Shown here one piece after another: positions 37,160-47,434 of a DNA stretch of 64,000 nt; positions within the stretch are counted from its first letter, which is position 1, and the number at the start of each line of letters is the position of its first letter. The position numbers and the translations under genes are program-made. The notes beneath the pieces are model-generated. The model was given only the letters and a program-made list of their open reading frames with translations. It was not told the origin of the DNA and did no database searches. This stretch comes from a virus, in the IMG/VR virus record IMGVR_UViG_3300017917_000199, positions 1 to 64,000 of that record, one strand, 5' to 3'.

Positions 37160-37750
37160 TTACATTGTTGGTGTAGTTGTTCCAGGCTGTTCAGCAGCTT
37201 GACCTGTCTGTTCTTCGTCACCTTCTGTTTCGCCTTCGTCTAAATCTTCTTCATAGCTATCATCTAAATCTTGCAAGTCGATTGTTTGATCCGCTAAGTC
37301 AATAGATCCTTGACGTATTTCGTTCATTAGTTCTTTTGGCATTTCAATAAGAACTAACCAAATTTCTTTTTCTTTACTCTTGGGATATCTTGTACCAGGA
37401 ATGTAATCTTCGTAATTTTCAACTGCAATAGGTACTTTGATTTTTGTCTTTTTAAACTTCAATTTGCAGCCGATTGAAACTAAACGTTTTGCTCCTGCTG
37501 GATCGGGCATGAGTTTGTAAGGATACATGAATATGCAACTAACACTGTATCTACGAACTGTAGGACCTTGAACAAGTTCACCTAGTTCCCAGTTTTTAAA
37601 TGCATATAGGTCGGCTTCGTCTAATACACGTTCAAAGTCTAAAAGTGTAGACATAGAACCGTCGCTAGTGAAGATTCCCTTGACGGTATCAACAATGCTT
37701 ACAAAGTCAACATCATTGAAAAATTTATCGGCTGTTTTGTCATCTATCAT
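37160..37750 (-). CDS. Hypothetical phage protein
   Basis: 196-aa ORF, TAAATA 7 nt upstream of ATG. Confidence 0.7.
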   Translation of the reverse strand: MIDDKTADKFFNDVDFVSIVDTVKGIFTSDGSMSTLLDFERVLDEADLYAFKNWELGELVQGPTVRRYSVSCIFMYPYKLMPDPAGAKRLVSIGCKLKFKKTKIKVPIAVENYEDYIPGTRYPKSKEKEIWLVLIEMPKELMNEIRQGSIDLADQTIDLQDLDDSYEEDLDEGETEGDEEQTGQAAEQPGTTTPTM

Positions 37751-37924
37751 AGTTAAGTATTTATCACAAAACTATTTTATATACTGATTATATTCCTGAT
37801 GAACAATACAGCCTAATATTTATGCAGGAAAATTGCGAAAAAACACTGCTATATTGCGAGGTTTTATATCTCTTAAATATCTTTGAGTGGTATGAGCACT
37901 CATGCTCTTAAAGGAGAAGTTAAC

Positions 37925-38716
37925 TTGAGCAAACGAAAAACCAGCGCATTACGCAAACAACAACAGGACACACGCTTTACACAGAATAGAAAATTTACGG
38001 ACGAACAGACATTTTACATGAATGAATCTAAAACTATTGACTTTTCACAGGCTCAACGAGCTATGAAAGTTGATAAACGTCCTATTCACTTAATCCCCAA
38101 AACAATAAACCAATCAAAATACATTGAGGCACTACTTGACGATGATACAGACATTGTTGTAGTTTCAGGCCCTGCGGGTACAGGTAAAACATATCTGGCT
38201 ATGCAGGCTGCTATCAAAGCTATGAAAGCAGGTGAGTGCGATAGAATTATTCTATCACGCCCTGCAATTGGTGTTGAAGATGAAGAACATGGGTTCTTAC
38301 CAGGTGATATTAATCAAAAGATGGAACCGTGGACAAGACCTTTGTTAGATGTGCTACGTGAATATTACACAGCAAGAGAAATAACCCACATGCTAGAAGA
38401 ACAAATAGTAGAAATAGCGCCCCTAGCATTCTGTAGAGGTCGAAATTTCAAGCATAGCTGGATAATATTAGACGAGGCTCAAAATGCAACCCCGGGTCAA
38501 CTTAAAATGATTATGACCAGAATCGGCAGCGGCAGTAAGATTGTAATTACTGGCGACATTGAACAAGCCGATCGTAAAACAGCCGACAACGGGCTACTAG
38601 ATTTACAAAATAGGTTGAGAAAGGGGGTGATTCCAGGGTTGCAGTTATGCTCATTCGACATTAAAGATGTCCAACGACATAAAATTATCGAGCACGTACT
38701 TAGCTTGTACGCATAA
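37925..38716 (+). CDS. phoH: PhoH-like ATPase
   Basis: GPAGTGKT, GFLPG, PLAFCRGR, LDEAQN, TRIG, GD..Q.D; TTG start 37925 with SD AAGGAG. Confidence 0.92.
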   Translation: MSKRKTSALRKQQQDTRFTQNRKFTDEQTFYMNESKTIDFSQAQRAMKVDKRPIHLIPKTINQSKYIEALLDDDTDIVVVSGPAGTGKTYLAMQAAIKAMKAGECDRIILSRPAIGVEDEEHGFLPGDINQKMEPWTRPLLDVLREYYTAREITHMLEEQIVEIAPLAFCRGRNFKHSWIILDEAQNATPGQLKMIMTRIGSGSKIVITGDIEQADRKTADNGLLDLQNRLRKGVIPGLQLCSFDIKDVQRHKIIEHVLSLYA

Positions 38717-38740
38717 AAAAGGGGCTTTACGCCCCTTTTT
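38715..38740. terminator. Bidirectional terminator between convergent genes
   Basis: AAAAAAGGGGC-TTTAC-GCCCCTTTTT. Confidence 0.8.
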
Positions 38741-38999
38741 GACCAGCTGTAATAACAGCTTCTTTTTCTAGTTGTCCTATTAGATTAGGATAGATTTGTT
38801 TATAATATGTATCCATCTTCTCCCAATCAGTTTCAACCGTCTTACCCTCAATTACACACTTTTGTACCTGCTTGGTGGCATAATCCAGGATTACGTTGCA
38901 AGTTTGTAAGTCTGCCGGTTTTATCTTCTTCGACACTGCAACCTGTTCGTCAATTTGTCCCCCAGGTTTTCTCAAATAAGTAATCAATAAATATCTCAA
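38727..38999 (-). CDS. Hypothetical protein
   Basis: ORF coupled to clamp loader. Confidence 0.65.
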   Translation of the reverse strand: MRYLLITYLRKPGGQIDEQVAVSKKIKPADLQTCNVILDYATKQVQKCVIEGKTVETDWEKMDTYYKQIYPNLIGQLEKEAVITAGQKGA

Positions 39000-39919
39000 G
39001 TTGTTAACTCCACTAATGTTGCTGCCATTGCTATTTCGGGAATACCGACTAATGGCAAATTTGCTAGACCATTACGAATAATAATGATACTTGCGTCTTT
39101 ACGTTCTTGGTCTTTGCCCCACAAATCCAAGTTATCGTACATCCATTTATACGTATCTTCAACTCTTGTCGGGTAAAGTGCGATATATTGCATTAACTGC
39201 TGTCTTCCCTCAAGAACTTTTCCAGATTTAAACAGTTGTGTCGCTTCCAACAACAAGTCATTTTCACTTGATCCATGTGTTTCAGGCGCTAGTAGTTTAC
39301 CTGTGCTACTATTAACTTGCAGTTGATTTAGACACTTACGCAGATCAGGATATGTTGCACGAACATACGTATCTAATGTGTCTGGATCAGCTTCAATATT
39401 TTCATTAGAAAGTACAGTAGCCGCACGAATCAAAAAGTCGTTGATATCAGGCTTAGCAATATGAAACTCATGGCATCGTGACTTTAACGCAGGGATAACT
39501 TTGTATCCATAGTTACATGTCAGAATGTATCTACAAGTTTCAGCATACGCTTCCATATCATTACGCAATGCAGCCTGTGCGTCACGTGACAGATAATCAG
39601 CTTCGTCTAATAGAACAATTTTAAACTTACCAAATGGCATTGTTTCAACAAAGCCATTGATTTTTGTTCTTACGTTTTCGACCGAGTTTTCTCTGGATGC
39701 ATTAATCTCAAGTACATCATAATCATCCACTTCAAGTTCTTTGATAAGAACTTTTGCAAGTGTAGTTTTACCTGTGCCTGGATCACCACTCAATAACAAG
39801 TGAGGGATAGATCCTTCTTTGATCCAGTTTTCAACTTGCTGCTTTTGCCTTTCGTCAACAAACACATAATCAGAAACTGTGTTTGGACGATACTTTTCTA
39901 CCCACAATTGATTTTTCAT
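38996..39919 (-). CDS. Clamp loader AAA+ subunit (gp44/RFC-like)
   Basis: LWVEKYRP, GDPGTGKTT, EINAS, LDEAD, SRC, DLRK. Confidence 0.93.
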   Translation of the reverse strand: MKNQLWVEKYRPNTVSDYVFVDERQKQQVENWIKEGSIPHLLLSGDPGTGKTTLAKVLIKELEVDDYDVLEINASRENSVENVRTKINGFVETMPFGKFKIVLLDEADYLSRDAQAALRNDMEAYAETCRYILTCNYGYKVIPALKSRCHEFHIAKPDINDFLIRAATVLSNENIEADPDTLDTYVRATYPDLRKCLNQLQVNSSTGKLLAPETHGSSENDLLLEATQLFKSGKVLEGRQQLMQYIALYPTRVEDTYKWMYDNLDLWGKDQERKDASIIIIRNGLANLPLVGIPEIAMAATLVELTT

Positions 39920-40602
39920 TCTTTTTTATCACCAAATAGTTGTAACAATGACAAGAATATATTAATGAAATCTAGGTACAATGTCAATGCCCCGGTGACT
40001 TCTGCAATCCCAGTATCAGTATCATACATGACCATTTCACGAATTTTTTGGGTATCATACGCTGTCAATCCCAAAAAGATAATGATAGCTAGTGCAGAAA
40101 TTACCATTTGAAATACAGTGCTACCTACAAAAATGTTAATGATGCTGGCAATAATGATTGCAATTAAGCCAACAAACATGAACTTGCCTATGCTGTCTAG
40201 GTTGTTCTTAGTAAAGTACCCATATAGACTCATGGTTCCAAATAGTACTGCTGCTCCCATGAATGCTGTAAAAATGCTACCCATTTGGTATACAGCAAAG
40301 ATAGTAGCAAAACTTAGTCCCATCAATGCTGCAAATCCATGTAGCATCAATAGTGCGATAGATTTAGGTGGACCAGCATTTAATGCAATGGTAATTGCAA
40401 AAATAGCTGCTAGTGGAGCAAAGATTACAACCCACTTTAATACTCCTGTAAAAAAGAATTCTAGTAGTTGTGGAGTAGTACCAACAAAATAACTCACTAG
40501 CATACTAATAATAACAGCGACACTCATGTGGCTATAGACATTTGCCATAGCAGTGTTGATTTGTGCTGCTGAACGATAGGTTAAAGTATCTGAATAGCTC
40601 AT
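39916..40602 (-). CDS. Bax inhibitor-1/YccA family membrane protein
   Basis: About 7 hydrophobic helices; AYDTQKI and ALTLYLDFINIF motifs. Confidence 0.9.
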   Translation of the reverse strand: MSYSDTLTYRSAAQINTAMANVYSHMSVAVIISMLVSYFVGTTPQLLEFFFTGVLKWVVIFAPLAAIFAITIALNAGPPKSIALLMLHGFAALMGLSFATIFAVYQMGSIFTAFMGAAVLFGTMSLYGYFTKNNLDSIGKFMFVGLIAIIIASIINIFVGSTVFQMVISALAIIIFLGLTAYDTQKIREMVMYDTDTGIAEVTGALTLYLDFINIFLSLLQLFGDKKE

Positions 40603-40913
40603 CTTTTTAATGCCTCCATAGTAATAATTTGTGAAATATGTTTACCTAATTCTTCTTCGTCGTTGACAACATAAAGACTAGTCTCTACCCTATCATTTCT
40701 ATTGTCATACTGTCTGAATTCAATAGCCCAACCACCGTTAGCTTTGAACATTTTGAACTGAATTGGCTCTGTATTTAAGTCATCACTTTCTCTAACTAAT
40801 TGCGCTCGGCGAACCTTAGAAGTACCAATAGTGTTGATAGCTCTAGGTTCATCATCTATACGTTGAGCATTGTTAATTTTGTCGCCCAACCATTTGTAAA
40901 ACCATTGTATCAT
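40599..40913 (-). CDS. Hypothetical protein
   Basis: ORF in operon. Confidence 0.65.
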   Translation of the reverse strand: MIQWFYKWLGDKINNAQRIDDEPRAINTIGTSKVRRAQLVRESDDLNTEPIQFKMFKANGGWAIEFRQYDNRNDRVETSLYVVNDEEELGKHISQIITMEALKR

Positions 40914-40915
40914 TT

Positions 40916-41545
40916 TTACCCCAAATCTACTTTACCGTTACACTTTGGACAAATATATGCACCTTTGTCATCATCATTAGGATTATCTACTAAATCCATA
41001 ATGTCCTCAGTTGAGAAATCACATTCAGTGCATCTAAATTGTGCGTACTCAGGTTCAGGTGCATTACTAAAGGGCCACTTTGCTCCGGGCTCTAATTTAA
41101 TTGACTCAGTAACTTCTTCATCTTCTTTGTCAGAGCCAACAATTTCACCTGTTGGATTACCGTCATCGTCAAGTCGTTCAATGATTAAATCACAATCGAT
41201 AATCATTTCACATTCATCTTGCACCCAACCATGTTCTTCAAGGTCTAGCCAAGAATTACCCTCGTCAAAGAATTCTTGTAGCCATTCTTCGGTTTCCGCA
41301 TCACAATCATCGTAATCGATTTCTTCCCAGCAACCGTCGTTAGTTTCAACTAGTTCTGTTTCATAGTCGCAGTTGTAGATATCTACCCCTGCTTCAATGT
41401 TTGGTGGATTGTCATCATCTGTATACACAGTGAATTCACCCCATCGCCAACCAGTCTCAACCATAAGACGATTATCACCTTTGATGAAATAGTTACGTTC
41501 GATAACTGATTTCTTCCACTCGGGCTTGACAGACCATAATGCCAT
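40916..41545 (-). CDS. Acidic hypothetical protein with C-terminal Zn ribbon
   Basis: CTEC...CPKC; start MALWSVK preferred. Confidence 0.65.
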   Translation of the reverse strand: MALWSVKPEWKKSVIERNYFIKGDNRLMVETGWRWGEFTVYTDDDNPPNIEAGVDIYNCDYETELVETNDGCWEEIDYDDCDAETEEWLQEFFDEGNSWLDLEEHGWVQDECEMIIDCDLIIERLDDDGNPTGEIVGSDKEDEEVTESIKLEPGAKWPFSNAPEPEYAQFRCTECDFSTEDIMDLVDNPNDDDKGAYICPKCNGKVDLG

Positions 41546-41546
41546 T

Positions 41547-41924
41547 TTAGTATACCTTATCACTCATTGTTTCATCTTCCATCGGCTCATCCGATACAAG
41601 CAGTATATCATTAGGATCTACTTTTCGCAACGTGACTTTACCCGAAGGAGTTTCAACAGTGATACCGCGTGTCCAACGACCGTGACTAATAAGAATGTAC
41701 TTACCAATTTCTAGTTGTGGGTCTTTAACATCAGGACCTAGTCCATAAATCTTTGCCCAACGTGGACGAATACCAGATGACTTTTTATCATCGTCTAACA
41801 GAACAATGCCACCTTTACTGATACGTTCGTCAAACTTCATGTCCGAAACAATAATGTTATCATGCATGAAGCGTAGTTTGTCTACTTTTGTAGGACTAAA
41901 TGCTGGTTTGCTATACTCGCTCAT
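41547..41924 (-). CDS. GroES-like co-chaperonin
   Basis: HDNIIV, SKGGIVL mobile loop, GLGP, DILLV. Confidence 0.75.
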   Translation of the reverse strand: MSEYSKPAFSPTKVDKLRFMHDNIIVSDMKFDERISKGGIVLLDDDKKSSGIRPRWAKIYGLGPDVKDPQLEIGKYILISHGRWTRGITVETPSGKVTLRKVDPNDILLVSDEPMEDETMSDKVY

Positions 41925-42262
41925 TTCTTTCCTTCTTTTGCTTTAATTGCCTCAATCTCGTCATCAAGCTCTGTGTCTAATTCAAACTCTTTTTCAGCTT
42001 CGGTCAATTCAGCTAAATCTATTTTTGGTTTTGCTGGCGCAACAGGTTTACTTTTAACTGGTTGTGCTGAACGGTTACCTACAGTCTTTGAATATGAATC
42101 GTTGACTTTGGTAGTCACGGGTTTTACAATTCTGCCCTGATCGTTAATCGTATCACCCCTAGCGTTAACACTCATGTTGCCAACTGCTCGGGTTTTCTCA
42201 TTTCTTGCGGCTAGTGCGGACATGTCTACGACTTTGCCCATTGCTGTTCTATAGTTAGCCAT
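41921..42262 (-). CDS. Hypothetical protein
   Basis: AVGNM.VNARGD motif; SD AGGAG. Confidence 0.7.
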   Translation of the reverse strand: MANYRTAMGKVVDMSALAARNEKTRAVGNMSVNARGDTINDQGRIVKPVTTKVNDSYSKTVGNRSAQPVKSKPVAPAKPKIDLAELTEAEKEFELDTELDDEIEAIKAKEGKK

Positions 42263-42272
42263 TTTAGTTCTC

Positions 42273-42782
42273 CTATTTTAAAAACTCATCTATTGGTAAG
42301 TCGTAGTATAAGCTATCAATTTTGTGAACTCCTATTAAGAATAACACATAACTCGCTACACTACTACCCCTACCCACACCCCATACGATACCATTTTTAC
42401 GCATGGTATCAACTAAGTATTTAAGATATTTTAACAAAACAAACATGTTTCTGTCTTGAAATTTCAATAATTCGTCACCCGCACGTTGTAATTGTTCCTC
42501 AGTCGTGCATTGATCCAAGACAAATTTAGCAATGTCAAAATTTTTATATTCTTCTGGAAGATACCAATTGCTTTGATTTAATTCATCAAACTTTTCTAGT
42601 GAGAGTTTCGGATCAACATATTCTTTTATGTTGTTGATATTGCTTGCTTCCAAAAAAACATAGTCTAAATTTATGTTATTTTCAACCAAAACTTGTTTAA
42701 TTATGCGTGTAGGATCTTGTAAAAACAAACCGCACAAATCAGTTTCATTTAAAATAGGTTGACCATATAAATCTATCTTCAT
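42273..42782 (-). CDS. Stand-alone fragment of DNA polymerase III alpha (DnaE)-like domain
   Basis: GVGRGSSVASYVLFLIGVHKID..YDL...FL matches DnaE GRGS..GSLV.Y.LGIT.IDP..L.FERFL; start 42782 follows a promoter. Confidence 0.7.
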   Translation of the reverse strand: MKIDLYGQPILNETDLCGLFLQDPTRIIKQVLVENNINLDYVFLEASNINNIKEYVDPKLSLEKFDELNQSNWYLPEEYKNFDIAKFVLDQCTTEEQLQRAGDELLKFQDRNMFVLLKYLKYLVDTMRKNGIVWGVGRGSSVASYVLFLIGVHKIDSLYYDLPIDEFLK

Positions 42783-42788
42783 AGGTTT

Positions 42789-42817
42789 ATAATACACGAC
42801 TTACCTGTTAAAGTCAA
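42789..42817 (-). promoter_or_regulatory. Sigma70-type promoter TTGACT-17-TATTAT, 6 nt before ATG
   Basis: Hexamers 42812-42817 and 42789-42794; ATG 42782. Confidence 0.6.
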
Positions 42818-43426
42818 TCAAGTTGGTTGTTTTTCGGATTCATTAGTGAATAGAATTTGGGCTTTGGTTACTGGTAATTTTTCTTCCCAATATAACTCAT
42901 AGTCAGCCCATTCCATTTGACACGTTTTGACCAATTTAACAATCTTTTCCTTTTTGTTAACTTTGGACAAATCGTTTATTGATGTGTTTGAATCATTCCA
43001 CCATCCTTGTTTTTCAAATGGTCCCATAGGTTCTAATATATCGTATACAAATTTGACACCATCGCTTAATCGTGATCCTAACGTGATTTCATCTAAAACT
43101 AACCTACCTTCACATATAGCATTTACTTTACGTAATAATGCAATAGCGACTATTTGGTCATAGGGTTCATCAGGTATTGTGGATATTTTTAAATTGGCAT
43201 CTTTGAATTTGTCAATTATTTTCTTTTCAGTGTTTTGAACGAAAACACAGTTATCCAAACATTCATTGAACAATAACTTGACTCTTTCCATAGCAACATT
43301 TTGCTCGTGTATGGACTCGACTTCAACTGACATGTTTAACACTATGTTATAGTGGTTCATGTAAAATGTATTTTTAAAATACACACCGGCATACAATTCA
43401 ACTGAACGTTCGATTCTGGTGCTCAT
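42818..43426 (-). CDS. Hypothetical protein
   Basis: 202-aa ORF. Confidence 0.7.
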   Translation of the reverse strand: MSTRIERSVELYAGVYFKNTFYMNHYNIVLNMSVEVESIHEQNVAMERVKLLFNECLDNCVFVQNTEKKIIDKFKDANLKISTIPDEPYDQIVAIALLRKVNAICEGRLVLDEITLGSRLSDGVKFVYDILEPMGPFEKQGWWNDSNTSINDLSKVNKKEKIVKLVKTCQMEWADYELYWEEKLPVTKAQILFTNESEKQPT

Positions 43427-43650
43427 TTTTTAATGTCAATCTTGGTTTTGATGTTTTGTTTTGCCATCATCTCATCCATTTTCTTATTGTACTCTGACTT
43501 ATAGCTTTCTATTGCCATATTAAGTTGTTGCACCAATGCGGCATTTTGAGTTCTGTAGGCAAAGGTAAGTTTGGACATTAAGTCCGTGATAGTAGATTGT
43601 AAGTCCTCTAGTGACTTATCTGATAGGTCATTTATAAAAGGATGTTTCAT
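43423..43650 (-). CDS. Small coiled-coil hypothetical protein
   Basis: ORF, TAAATA 6 nt upstream. Confidence 0.65.
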   Translation of the reverse strand: MKHPFINDLSDKSLEDLQSTITDLMSKLTFAYRTQNAALVQQLNMAIESYKSEYNKKMDEMMAKQNIKTKIDIKK

Positions 43651-43663
43651 CCTACGTATTTAG

Positions 43664-44935
43664 TTACCAAGAACTTAACGCAATTCTTTTCCAAATATCA
43701 TTGCCCACGTAAACGTTAGCAGTTGTTGCCGTAGTATTAGCTGATGGGATAACTGCGGTATCCGCAACACCGTTAGTTCTGGATAAACTTACAGTAATGT
43801 TTCCACCTGAACCAATTGATTTAACGTAATATACAGTGTTTGCAACAATGCCACCTATATTTCCTGCAAATATTATCGGAGAATTTGTCACCAAACTTGT
43901 AGTATTGTTTAATGTAATATTTCCAGATGTTGCGGTTGCAGTAACTGATTTTGTATAAACAGTTGAATTAAAGTCATCAGTAGCAACATACATGTAACGT
44001 TGCGGATTCAAATACATGTTTCCAGTGCTACCTGCTAAGTTTACGTTAGCACCACCAATACTAGAAGAAACAGTAAATGTGTTACTAGAAACAACATTAC
44101 GAATGTAATATGTGACACCACTAGTAATATTTGCTTCAAAGCTAGTTCCAGTAAACACTACAGGCATATCAGTGTACAATTGTGTAGTATTACCTGTTGT
44201 AGTGAAATAATCAGCAGCATTTGATGATGTAATGTTTAACTGATTTACACTGGTATCAATAGCAATTGTACCAGTAACGTCACCTGGTAATCCTGTTGGT
44301 GGAACAATTCGTTGTTGTACTTGTGTTGAAATACGTGGTCTGTTGAATGGCTCAATCGTAACTGTGTTTCCGCAGTCTACTGTGCTTAGGCGATACTCTA
44401 ATTGTGTAACACCATTTGGAATAGTGACAGTAGGAACATTACCAACGTTAGAAAAGTTTTCTAACAATTCAACACCGTAGTTTCCTGTCATAGAAACTGT
44501 AGAAGGGAAAGAAATTACAGCGTTTGCATTTGATATAGCTAATTCTAATTGAACATTACTTTGTGTACCGCTTGGTGCCCAGCCAGCCAATTGAATTGTA
44601 GTGTTACCTGCAATAGTACCATACTGTACATCACCTAATGATGCATCTATAACTACAGTACCTGATAACGCATTACCTAAATTATAAGTGCTGGCTCTGA
44701 AACTTCTAGTAACAGCATTGCTTATTAATGTGTTAGCCATGTTGTTGTCAACAATGGTACCCGTCAAGGCTTGCTTAACAACTACTTTAGATTGTAGGTC
44801 TGAAATTTCAGTACTAGCTGTGTTTAAATTTGTCTTTATAGCACTGAAATTATCTCTAAAACCCTGGCTGCTATTGTTCACCCCGGGTACTGGGTAATTT
44901 ACATTGATTCCGTTTGTATTAATTGCACTTGTCAT
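43664..44935 (-). CDS. Virion structural protein (baseplate/fibre-associated)
   Basis: SQGFRDNF..IK, T/N/G-rich beta repeats (YYIR/YYVK), C-terminal WKRIAL. Confidence 0.7.
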   Translation of the reverse strand: MTSAINTNGINVNYPVPGVNNSSQGFRDNFSAIKTNLNTASTEISDLQSKVVVKQALTGTIVDNNMANTLISNAVTRSFRASTYNLGNALSGTVVIDASLGDVQYGTIAGNTTIQLAGWAPSGTQSNVQLELAISNANAVISFPSTVSMTGNYGVELLENFSNVGNVPTVTIPNGVTQLEYRLSTVDCGNTVTIEPFNRPRISTQVQQRIVPPTGLPGDVTGTIAIDTSVNQLNITSSNAADYFTTTGNTTQLYTDMPVVFTGTSFEANITSGVTYYIRNVVSSNTFTVSSSIGGANVNLAGSTGNMYLNPQRYMYVATDDFNSTVYTKSVTATATSGNITLNNTTSLVTNSPIIFAGNIGGIVANTVYYVKSIGSGGNITVSLSRTNGVADTAVIPSANTTATTANVYVGNDIWKRIALSSW

Positions 44936-44958
44936 AATCGTTTTCCGTTATGTATTTA

Positions 44959-47433
44959 TTATTGCGGTTCGTCTGGTAAAATAGTTTGTCTAGGGAATAA
45001 GACATAAAAATCTTTACTGTCGATTGGGTCTGGAACGGGTGTTCCACTAGGTAATCCTGTCCATGTAGGCGGAGCAAGAAGATTATCATAGTTATATGTG
45101 ATGCTCTTGTTGACTGTAAACCTGTCAATTCTAAAATTGATTAAATTTAATGTATATGGCCAATTGTTGTTGATATTGTTCTTTATCGTTTCACTGAAAC
45201 CAGGCTTGGTATAACAAATTACCCATGCTTTAGTGAATCCTAATGTTCCACCGTTCGCTTGTTGACTAGTCATCCATAATGGTAATAGTTTACTGTTGTA
45301 CTCTTGACCTAATACGTCAGCTACACGGTTTCTCATATTGTATAAACTATTTGGATACAGTGTTCTAGCATACCCAGGTGTTCTACTTGTATAGAATCCA
45401 GGCGGTAAATCTTTGTCATAGCTAGTGTAGATATCAGTGATACTTGTGTACCAAGGACCTAATCCTAAATCAATTGGTCGAGGCCAGATTATAGGATTAG
45501 AAATACTTGTTCCTTGTGGGTTTTCCAAATTATCTATGATTTCACTATAGACAACTTCGTAAACAATTTCACCTGCATCGTTTTTAGCCACTGCTGTTTT
45601 TATTTCACCTAATGTTAGATATCTCCAATAATGGTTTCTAGTAACAGCGGCTATATATTCATCAATCATACTAGCATATATTCCATATGCATGTTCATAA
45701 ACTACGTTGGTTGATTTACCAAAGTTAATGTCAGTAGGCCTATAAACTAATTCACTTGGTATAATCGTTTCGTCATTCAATAAAGAATTTATTAAATTTC
45801 TATCATCTATACCAGGTGTACAAGTTATATATAACGTATCAGTTGGTTGGTCAAACTCTTGCACAACAGTAACAACAAATGATTTAGATGAACTAATAGT
45901 CGGGTAATTAGGAGAATATGCTGTAATTGTAAATGAATATTCTGTAGTATCACCTACATTAAGTATTTGTTCTGTAGGTTGATCTGCCACTACACCCACA
46001 AGTTCACCGTTTGAATTTAAAGTTAAGTTTGGCGGTAATGATCCTTCACTTAAACTATAATTTAAAGGAACATCACTAACTGCATTTACGTATAATGTAC
46101 TTACGGATCCATTGTATATTGTACCTAAATTAGTATCAGTATTCCAAATAATAACTCCTGTTATATTTTTAGATACACTTAAAGAAAAGTTAAAGTTTGG
46201 TGTGGTGATACTAGGAGTACCTGATTTATAAACACGAACGTTAAAATTATAGTTATTCAACACATCAACATTTAGAGTAGGAGTACCAGTTATCCAACCA
46301 GTAACAGTATCTCCCACTAAATCAGGTGGTAAATTAGAAAAAGAATATCGTAAATCATTACCATCAAAATCATAGCCTATAATTTTGAATGAAAAATAAT
46401 TGTCACTTTCTATTGTACCTATTTGTGCCGGTACAGATGGATCTACTGGTGGAAGTCTATAATAACCATAATATGGATCATTATCATTAAGATTAAATGT
46501 TAACGGTCTTGTATTTAAAATTGTAGGTACTCTTGTATTTACTGGATACCCGGGGCCTCCTTGACTGACAGGCGTATTTTGATTAATGACAGTAATAGAA
46601 TAACTAGCAATATCATTTCCTAAATCACTGTATAATTTTAGTGCAAATGAATATGTTCTTACAGTAGGTTGTCCAACGGATACTGCTGTTAAGGTAGCAG
46701 TCATTAAGCCTGAGCTATTTGATAGGGCAAGCACGTTTCCGTCCTGCGTAGTCGTTATAGTAAATTCAGTGGGACTAACTACACTTTTTACATAGTATGT
46801 GACCCCATCGACAATATTTCCAAAAACTGTTCCAGAAAAAACTATAGGTCTACCTGGTGTAAATTGTATAGTGCTAGAACATGTTAATATATTGGTGCCA
46901 GATGTTGTTGTAGTAACATTTGTACTTATTGAACTCAATGTAACTGTAACTGTAGGTGGTTGAGGGTAACCTCTAATAACACCTTGCTCGTTAATTTCTA
47001 ATCCAGGGGGCAGCAAACCCTCGCTTAATTCAACAACTACTGAATTTGTTGGCACTGGGTTGTCAAATTCTATAGGTATTTCTACCCATTGGCTATCTAA
47101 AGTGTTTAAGATGTTGCCTTCAGGTGTTGTAAATTGTGGATTTGCAGAACCTGATACTAACATCGAAAATGTTCGGTCACGCAAATTATTTAAATTATCA
47201 GTGGCTCTTATAGTAAATGTTGAAGTTGTATCAGTAGTTACTAAAGTTGGTATGCCATTTATTAATCCACTGGTAGAAATTCTTAATCCAACTGGTAATG
47301 ACCCGCTTATCAAAGTGTAAGTCACACTTGTTGCTGGTAATACAGGAGAAGCAGATAACTGCACCGTTACTGTTAGACCGGCTGTATATCCACCTAATGA
47401 CCCCGCCGCAGTATTCCAAATTGGTTGTGCCAT
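44959..47433 (-). CDS. Virion protein with Ig-like (He_PIG-type) repeats
   Basis: Repeated G.LP.GL.....G.I.G.P motifs. Confidence 0.75.
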   Translation of the reverse strand: MAQPIWNTAAGSLGGYTAGLTVTVQLSASPVLPATSVTYTLISGSLPVGLRISTSGLINGIPTLVTTDTTSTFTIRATDNLNNLRDRTFSMLVSGSANPQFTTPEGNILNTLDSQWVEIPIEFDNPVPTNSVVVELSEGLLPPGLEINEQGVIRGYPQPPTVTVTLSSISTNVTTTTSGTNILTCSSTIQFTPGRPIVFSGTVFGNIVDGVTYYVKSVVSPTEFTITTTQDGNVLALSNSSGLMTATLTAVSVGQPTVRTYSFALKLYSDLGNDIASYSITVINQNTPVSQGGPGYPVNTRVPTILNTRPLTFNLNDNDPYYGYYRLPPVDPSVPAQIGTIESDNYFSFKIIGYDFDGNDLRYSFSNLPPDLVGDTVTGWITGTPTLNVDVLNNYNFNVRVYKSGTPSITTPNFNFSLSVSKNITGVIIWNTDTNLGTIYNGSVSTLYVNAVSDVPLNYSLSEGSLPPNLTLNSNGELVGVVADQPTEQILNVGDTTEYSFTITAYSPNYPTISSSKSFVVTVVQEFDQPTDTLYITCTPGIDDRNLINSLLNDETIIPSELVYRPTDINFGKSTNVVYEHAYGIYASMIDEYIAAVTRNHYWRYLTLGEIKTAVAKNDAGEIVYEVVYSEIIDNLENPQGTSISNPIIWPRPIDLGLGPWYTSITDIYTSYDKDLPPGFYTSRTPGYARTLYPNSLYNMRNRVADVLGQEYNSKLLPLWMTSQQANGGTLGFTKAWVICYTKPGFSETIKNNINNNWPYTLNLINFRIDRFTVNKSITYNYDNLLAPPTWTGLPSGTPVPDPIDSKDFYVLFPRQTILPDEPQ

Positions 47434-47434
47434 A

